This document shows, one piece after another, positions 59,053 to 64,000 of a DNA stretch of 64,000 bases (position 1 is its first letter; each line of letters opens with the position of its first letter). The notes beneath the pieces were generated by a model that did not search any database, had not been told where the DNA came from, and saw only the letters and a list, made by a program, of their open reading frames with translations. Both the position numbers and the translations under genes were made by a program. Source of the DNA: Macrostomum lignano. Lineage: Eukaryota. The stretch spans positions 186,001 through 250,000 of the forward strand of contig NIVC01000273.1 in the NCBI GenBank assembly GCA_002269645.1. Reading direction: 5' to 3'.

Positions 59053-60075
59053 ATGACAGAATACATCCCCATAGACGGATTTACACGCAATCAGGCTATA
59101 ATAATATTTGCCGTTGCTAAGTGTCGATTATGCAAAGACATTAGGTACCTGCCGAAAGAAGTGTACGAAAAAATTTCTCGCAAATACAACGACAGCTACT
59201 GGATAGGTAACGGTGAGTTTGGGACATTTAAACTGTCACCGGAGCAATCGCAGTTGATTGATCCAGTCAAAAATCCAGATCTGCTGGAATATAGTTCAGA
59301 TAGTCCTGTAGGTGGATACTCGGTCAACTTAAAGAAGTTGACGGCAACTGCTCTTTCCATTAAGCCATTGCCAAACAACACAACCGTGCCTGTAGTGACA
59401 GGTGAGGCAAGAAACGAGCTTTATAAATTGTATTTTCCATTTGAGAGACAGCCAAGAACCACTCGCCGCCGTGAGAGGTCGCTCAGTGCCAGACGGCTAG
59501 AGTATGACGATGGCACCTCTATGAGGTCAGAGTCGCCATTTCCACGTCCTCTATCACGAGGACAGTCTCCGTATCGCAGGCCTCAATCGCCGTTTCGGCC
59601 ACATCAGATGCCGCATCAGATGCCGCATCAGATGCCACAGCCGCCGCCGTACCAACAGCATTCACAGCCGACGCCGCCGCCACTGTTGCAGATGCCGCGA
59701 CCACAGCCGGTATCGCAAATGCCACGACCACAGCCACCTCAGCTGCCGCCACCTCAACTGCCGCCGCCTCAACTGCCGCCGCCACAAGTAACTCAGCCGT
59801 CTCAGCCGCCACAAGTAACTCAGCCGTCTCAGCCGCCTCAGCCGCCACAAATAACTCAGCCGTCTCAGCCGTCTCAGCCGGCTCAGCCATCTCAGCCGCA
59901 AGTGCCGCCGCTCATGATGCCGCCGTTTAATAGGCCGCCGCCGCCACCGCCGCGACCACCTCAGACAATGTCGCTGCCTACAACTACCCCATCTCAAGCA
60001 ATGCCGTCGCTGGCTGCTTCAGAGTCAGAGCAACAATCAAACCCTCGACGGAGTCGAAGCAGGTCAAGGACGTGA
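59053..60075 (+). CDS. Hypothetical 340-aa protein with a globular N-terminus and RS/PQ-rich disordered C-terminus
   Basis: Intact ORF; (QLPPP)x3 and (QPS)n repeats; RSRSRSR end. Confidence 0.65.
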   Translation: MTEYIPIDGFTRNQAIIIFAVAKCRLCKDIRYLPKEVYEKISRKYNDSYWIGNGEFGTFKLSPEQSQLIDPVKNPDLLEYSSDSPVGGYSVNLKKLTATALSIKPLPNNTTVPVVTGEARNELYKLYFPFERQPRTTRRRERSLSARRLEYDDGTSMRSESPFPRPLSRGQSPYRRPQSPFRPHQMPHQMPHQMPQPPPYQQHSQPTPPPLLQMPRPQPVSQMPRPQPPQLPPPQLPPPQLPPPQVTQPSQPPQVTQPSQPPQPPQITQPSQPSQPAQPSQPQVPPLMMPPFNRPPPPPPRPPQTMSLPTTTPSQAMPSLAASESEQQSNPRRSRSRSRT

Positions 60076-60495
60076 CTGCCACCTCCGCAAGCAACTCAGC
60101 CACCGCCGCCGCTCATGATGCCGCCGCCAATGTTGCAGCTGCCGTCTTCAAATGGTCGAGGACGAGGAAGAGGAAGTGGGGGGAATACTAACCCCCCAAA
60201 TCTGCAACCATTCCCGCCGAAGTAATTAGGAATAGTCAGGAATAGTTAGGAATGGTAAAGACTGCAGTCTTCCTTCCATAATTTTAAATTGCTTTAAAAT
60301 GTGTTTAAATATGCCAAAATTTTCTCTTTTCGGTTTAGGGTTCCTCTTTTTGGTTTAGGGTTCCTCTTTTTGCTTTAGGGTTCCTCTTTTTGGTTTAATA
60401 ATATGCTTATTTTTCGCATATTTTCGGCATTTATTAAATAAAAAATATATTTTTTTAAGATAAGGTTCTCTTATACTAAATCTTCTATCGCCACA

Positions 60496-62898
60496 ATGAG
60501 TCTATCAGTCAGAGAAAAAATTGCCCATTACGTAGATGCTGTGTGTGTATCAGCGGATTACACCGCTAGTGCTTCTGCTCGTATATTAAAGTACTGTTAA
60601 CACTTTCCTATCTCTGGTGTGCCACGAGACACTTTGCCGCTCAAATATTGCTTCTTCACATTTATCACCGCACCTGACCCTGTAGTTGATAAGCATGTTT
60701 TGGAGTGCATCGAAAAACTTCTCTCGGCTTCCTACCAGAAAGACGAATACAGACCTGGTTGGGACAGCTCTCAGTACCCAAGCCTGCAATCTACGCGCGT
60801 CTGCCTTATTGTGTTACTGGCCTATGGTGGTGTTCCGCGATCACTCTCACCGCCGATACCCATCTACCAAAATCCACGACTGCTGGATGGTCATAAGCAC
60901 AAGTTTGACTGCGTCTCAGGCGGTCTAGTAGTCGACCTTAACGAGAAGTCGGAATTCTACCACCACTACGCTTACTTGCTGACCGCTGATCGCGCCAATA
61001 AAAGGTATGACATAAAGATCGCCACAAAGCTGCTTTTGGAGGAGCTTGTTCTAAGCTCTCTGAAGGTGGGACTGTCATACTGTGAAGTCATGAAAACACT
61101 AGACTTCATGAGATCTGCTGACTTGATTCCGCTTAACTACAAACTCAGCCCAGCACCGCGAAGGACAGATGGTAACTTTGCTGAGTACTCTGTGTTTCAT
61201 ATGGAGTTTCACTTATTTGCTAATACAGTTATTAATGGGCTCGACAATACCGATTTGCTGCATAGAATTGACACTTACTACTGTGAGTTTCTCAAGGTCA
61301 CAAACAAGGTTGTTCGCAATGACATCCTCTCGCTAGTAAAAGGTGATGAGGCAGGGCGCTACGCACATGCTGCTGCTGACTACATAGAGAAGCGTAGAGA
61401 TCTGTTTGCCAAATTTGACGTCTGCGCAATCTCGGGCCGTAATAAATCGAAAGACTGCTCGCCTCCAACTGACTCATTCAAAGATCGGTCAACTGAGGTT
61501 GCTTTGACGGTTAAGGAGTATGTGAGTGCTAGTAAGCCTCTTATAGAGACTAAGATAAGGGAGACGCCGATCGCACCCAGTACAGGTAGAGGGTCTGTGA
61601 ATACAAGTGCGTATGCGGAGTGGCAGAATAAACGACCACTATCGCCACAGCCAGTATTGCTGAACTTGGAGCCGCCAGAGCCGACACCAGAGCCGACACC
61701 AGAGCCGAAATTGAAACCAACTATTAAATTTTCAGAGAAAAATAGTTACCGTACTTTTACTAATGATGAAGATATTTTTGTAAGTAAGGTCGAACGGGAT
61801 GCTATGGATGAAGCCGCAAGAGTAGCTAATGAAGTTTGGATGGGATTTGATGATTGGAACGACGACATTACCAGTGTATCAGCCGCTGCCGCCGCTGCCG
61901 CCGCTGCTGATACTGGTGCCGCTGCCACCGCTGCCGCCGCTGCCGCCGCTGCCGCCGCTGACGAGACAGATCAGGAGTTTCAGAAGTGGAAGGAGGCTAA
62001 TCTTCAAAATTTTGAAGATTTCCGAGAGAAATTTACCACCGACACCTTTATAATCCCAGAGAAGCAAAAGGAGATGGCCGCCACTAAATCGAAATTAGAA
62101 GAAGAGATTAACAGCCTATACCAGCAAGTAGAGCAAATTAAAAGTTGGGAAGACTACTTAAGAAATTTCCGTGAAGGTATTGATTACGCAACTAGGCTAC
62201 TTAACGACATAGACAATGGCTACTATAATGATAACCGGCGCACTCTGTCCCATTTTGCCAACGTAGATGCGGCCGATCTCTTAGCAGAGGTAGACGCCGC
62301 CACAGTGAATGCCGCCAGAGTAGATGTAGAACCAGTAGGTGAACCAGCCGTAGAACCAGTAGGTGAACCAAACGAAGAACCAGACGAAGAAGATCCAGAC
62401 GACGAAGATCCAGACGACGAAGATCCAGACGACGAAGATCCAGTTGCCGCAGATTCAGTTGCCGCAGATTCAGTTGCCGCAGATCCAGGTGCCACAACAA
62501 CCCTGTTTGAGGAGCACTCACAGATTCCAAACAGTGGGGAATTTGGAGCCAGGATTGGAGCTGAAGTCGGAATCGGAGCCGGAATCGGAGTCGAGGATGA
62601 GATTAAAAAACTAGAAGGTAGAATAATTAATGATCTACAAAATCATTTAATTGATGATTTGGAGAAACGAGTAGCTGGTAAAGTAAATGATGAGATTACA
62701 TTCATGTTTAAGAGATTAAATAGATTAATAGACACTCACTCGAAAACTCTACAATATTACGAAGAACAACTTAAGAATGCCGTAGATATGTATCAAGGTA
62801 TGAATCCGGAAGAGCCGTTGGATAGTGTGTTCGGAGAGTCGCTAATAGGTCATCTGTTAGAGGAGGATTTGCCAGAGTCATCACAACTGCCGCCATGA
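60496..62898 (+). pseudogene. About 800-aa hypothetical protein (ATG 60496, in-frame TAA 60598-60600) with acidic repeats and a C-terminal coiled coil
   Basis: 60496 is in frame with 60619..62898; contains poly-Ala, EPTP, DDEDP and AADSV repeats. Confidence 0.6.
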
Positions 62899-63005
62899 GG
62901 TGCAGAAGAAGCTCAAAATCTATGAACTTCTGACGTCGCTGCCTCGGTTGCAACACTGTTAAGTCCGAGTTTCCTTCTTGTTGGATAACGCTACTCTCAT
63001 TTTAA

Positions 63006-63473
63006 GTGAGTACCGCTACCAACGCGACGCAAATATTTGGACTGACCCAGCAGTTCCGCAAGCCAATCAAATGCCAGAAGGTGCTCATGGTAACGTTGTT
63101 ATCCCTGGGGCAGCAAATGTGGCAGCAGCTGGTGGAACCGAGGATGTGCAGGAGGGTTAAAGACACAATACGCGCTCGTATACCCAGTAAGTATAAATCT
63201 ATATCAACCCTGGAAGAACTCTGCCCTATACAATTCGCTGTACACGAAATGAGCGGGAGGAAAATCAATATTATTCTGGATCTGAATAATATCGATTTTG
63301 GATTGTGCGAGGATCTACAATATCTTGTTCTTTTTCTACCTTCATTCATTTCCAGCCTTACAACTAGCTCGCACGTCGCGGAGGAAATTCTCAGCCGGAT
63401 AGCCCTGCGCACTCAGTGTCTGCTCTTTCCTCCTTTGCATCTGTTTTATGTAAATATAATTGTGAATAAATGA
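63006..63473 (+). CDS. Hypothetical protein
   Basis: 155-codon ORF following the 800-aa gene on the same strand; start uncertain. Confidence 0.35.
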   Translation: MSTATNATQIFGLTQQFRKPIKCQKVLMVTLLSLGQQMWQQLVEPRMCRRVKDTIRARIPSKYKSISTLEELCPIQFAVHEMSGRKINIILDLNNIDFGLCEDLQYLVLFLPSFISSLTTSSHVAEEILSRIALRTQCLLFPPLHLFYVNIIVNK

Positions 63474-63520
63474 ACTCAGTATGTTTTTTAGTAAGCTTTT
63501 GAGTGTGCTTTTCGATTTCT

Positions 63521-63742
63521 TCTGTTGCCGGAGGACAGATGTTGGTAGAGAAACCGAAAACTAAAAGAGGCCATTTTGAGTCACCTGATCTGATTAAGGC
63601 AGAATTGTTCCCTGTCAAACTAGCCTATGATCTCACTGTAATGAGAGTGGTCATGCAAGTTCACAAAGATGCGGAGGTTGAGTTTAAAGATGACACTTGG
63701 TATAGGGAATTGGGATTCGAGAAAAAAGTTTATAAGGCAGAA
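63521..63742 (+). pseudogene. Rearranged fragment of the lineage B penton gene
   Basis: 63521-63558 matches about 2880-2917 and is followed by 63560-63742, which matches about 2501-2690. Confidence 0.85.
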
Positions 63743-64000
63743 CCCGGTGTAAAAATCGACGTCGAATCGACTTCGAAAATTTTAGGCCGAATCGACGTCG
63801 AATGATGTCCCGGTGATTCGACGTCGATTCGAAGTCGAGTTTTTCGGCCTAAATTTCGCGATACTTCCTTGATTTTCGCCTCTGAATGTGCCTCAAAACA
63901 AACAAAATTCTTTAAAGAAATAACTTAATTTAAATATTCAATACGAGGGTGACTTCATGTAGTATATCTTTTGAATGCGCGGCATTAAATCAGAACAAAA

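Noticed and set aside
63948-63960. Mariner-like TIR start (TACGAGGGTG) at the window end
   Set aside because: Too short, and no partner is visible within the window.

Overview
Eukaryotic (probably invertebrate; host not identifiable from sequence) genomic window that is almost entirely a nested, rearranged cluster of endogenous Polinton/Maverick/adintovirus-class dsDNA virus sequence. Lineage A (about 4.8-26.8 kb, AT-rich) has a near-complete gene set: PLA2-integrase, pX-like core protein, major capsid, A32/FtsK ATPase, penton, adenain-like protease, discoidin-tipped fibre, primase-D5 helicase and protein-primed PolB. Most of these genes carry a single stop or frameshift. Its helicase is split by a young 4.9-kb Ty3/Gypsy element (196-bp LTRs, one mismatch, GTAG TSD, tRNA-Leu PBS, GGGAAAC -1 frameshift). 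Lineage B survives as two complementary major-capsid halves (1.3-2.2 kb and 29.3-29.8 kb) plus a penton. Lineage C (about 38-47 kb, more GC/CpG-rich) is a classical Maverick-type block (pPolB, PY-type capsid, protease split by a 5'-truncated RNase H LINE). It carries an unexpected spliced gene that appears to fuse a TBP-like domain pair to a deoxynucleoside kinase. Also present: three short elements with AGTAGTATG inverted termini, five copies of a putative terminal module with an ~81-bp array, C(GNA)G mini-hairpins, re-used promoter-like cassettes, an intron-containing paralog family, a RING-finger ORF, and an unassigned ORFan block at 56-63.5 kb. No rRNA, tRNA or CRISPR array is supported. 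All family assignments come from motif recognition by eye, not database searches.
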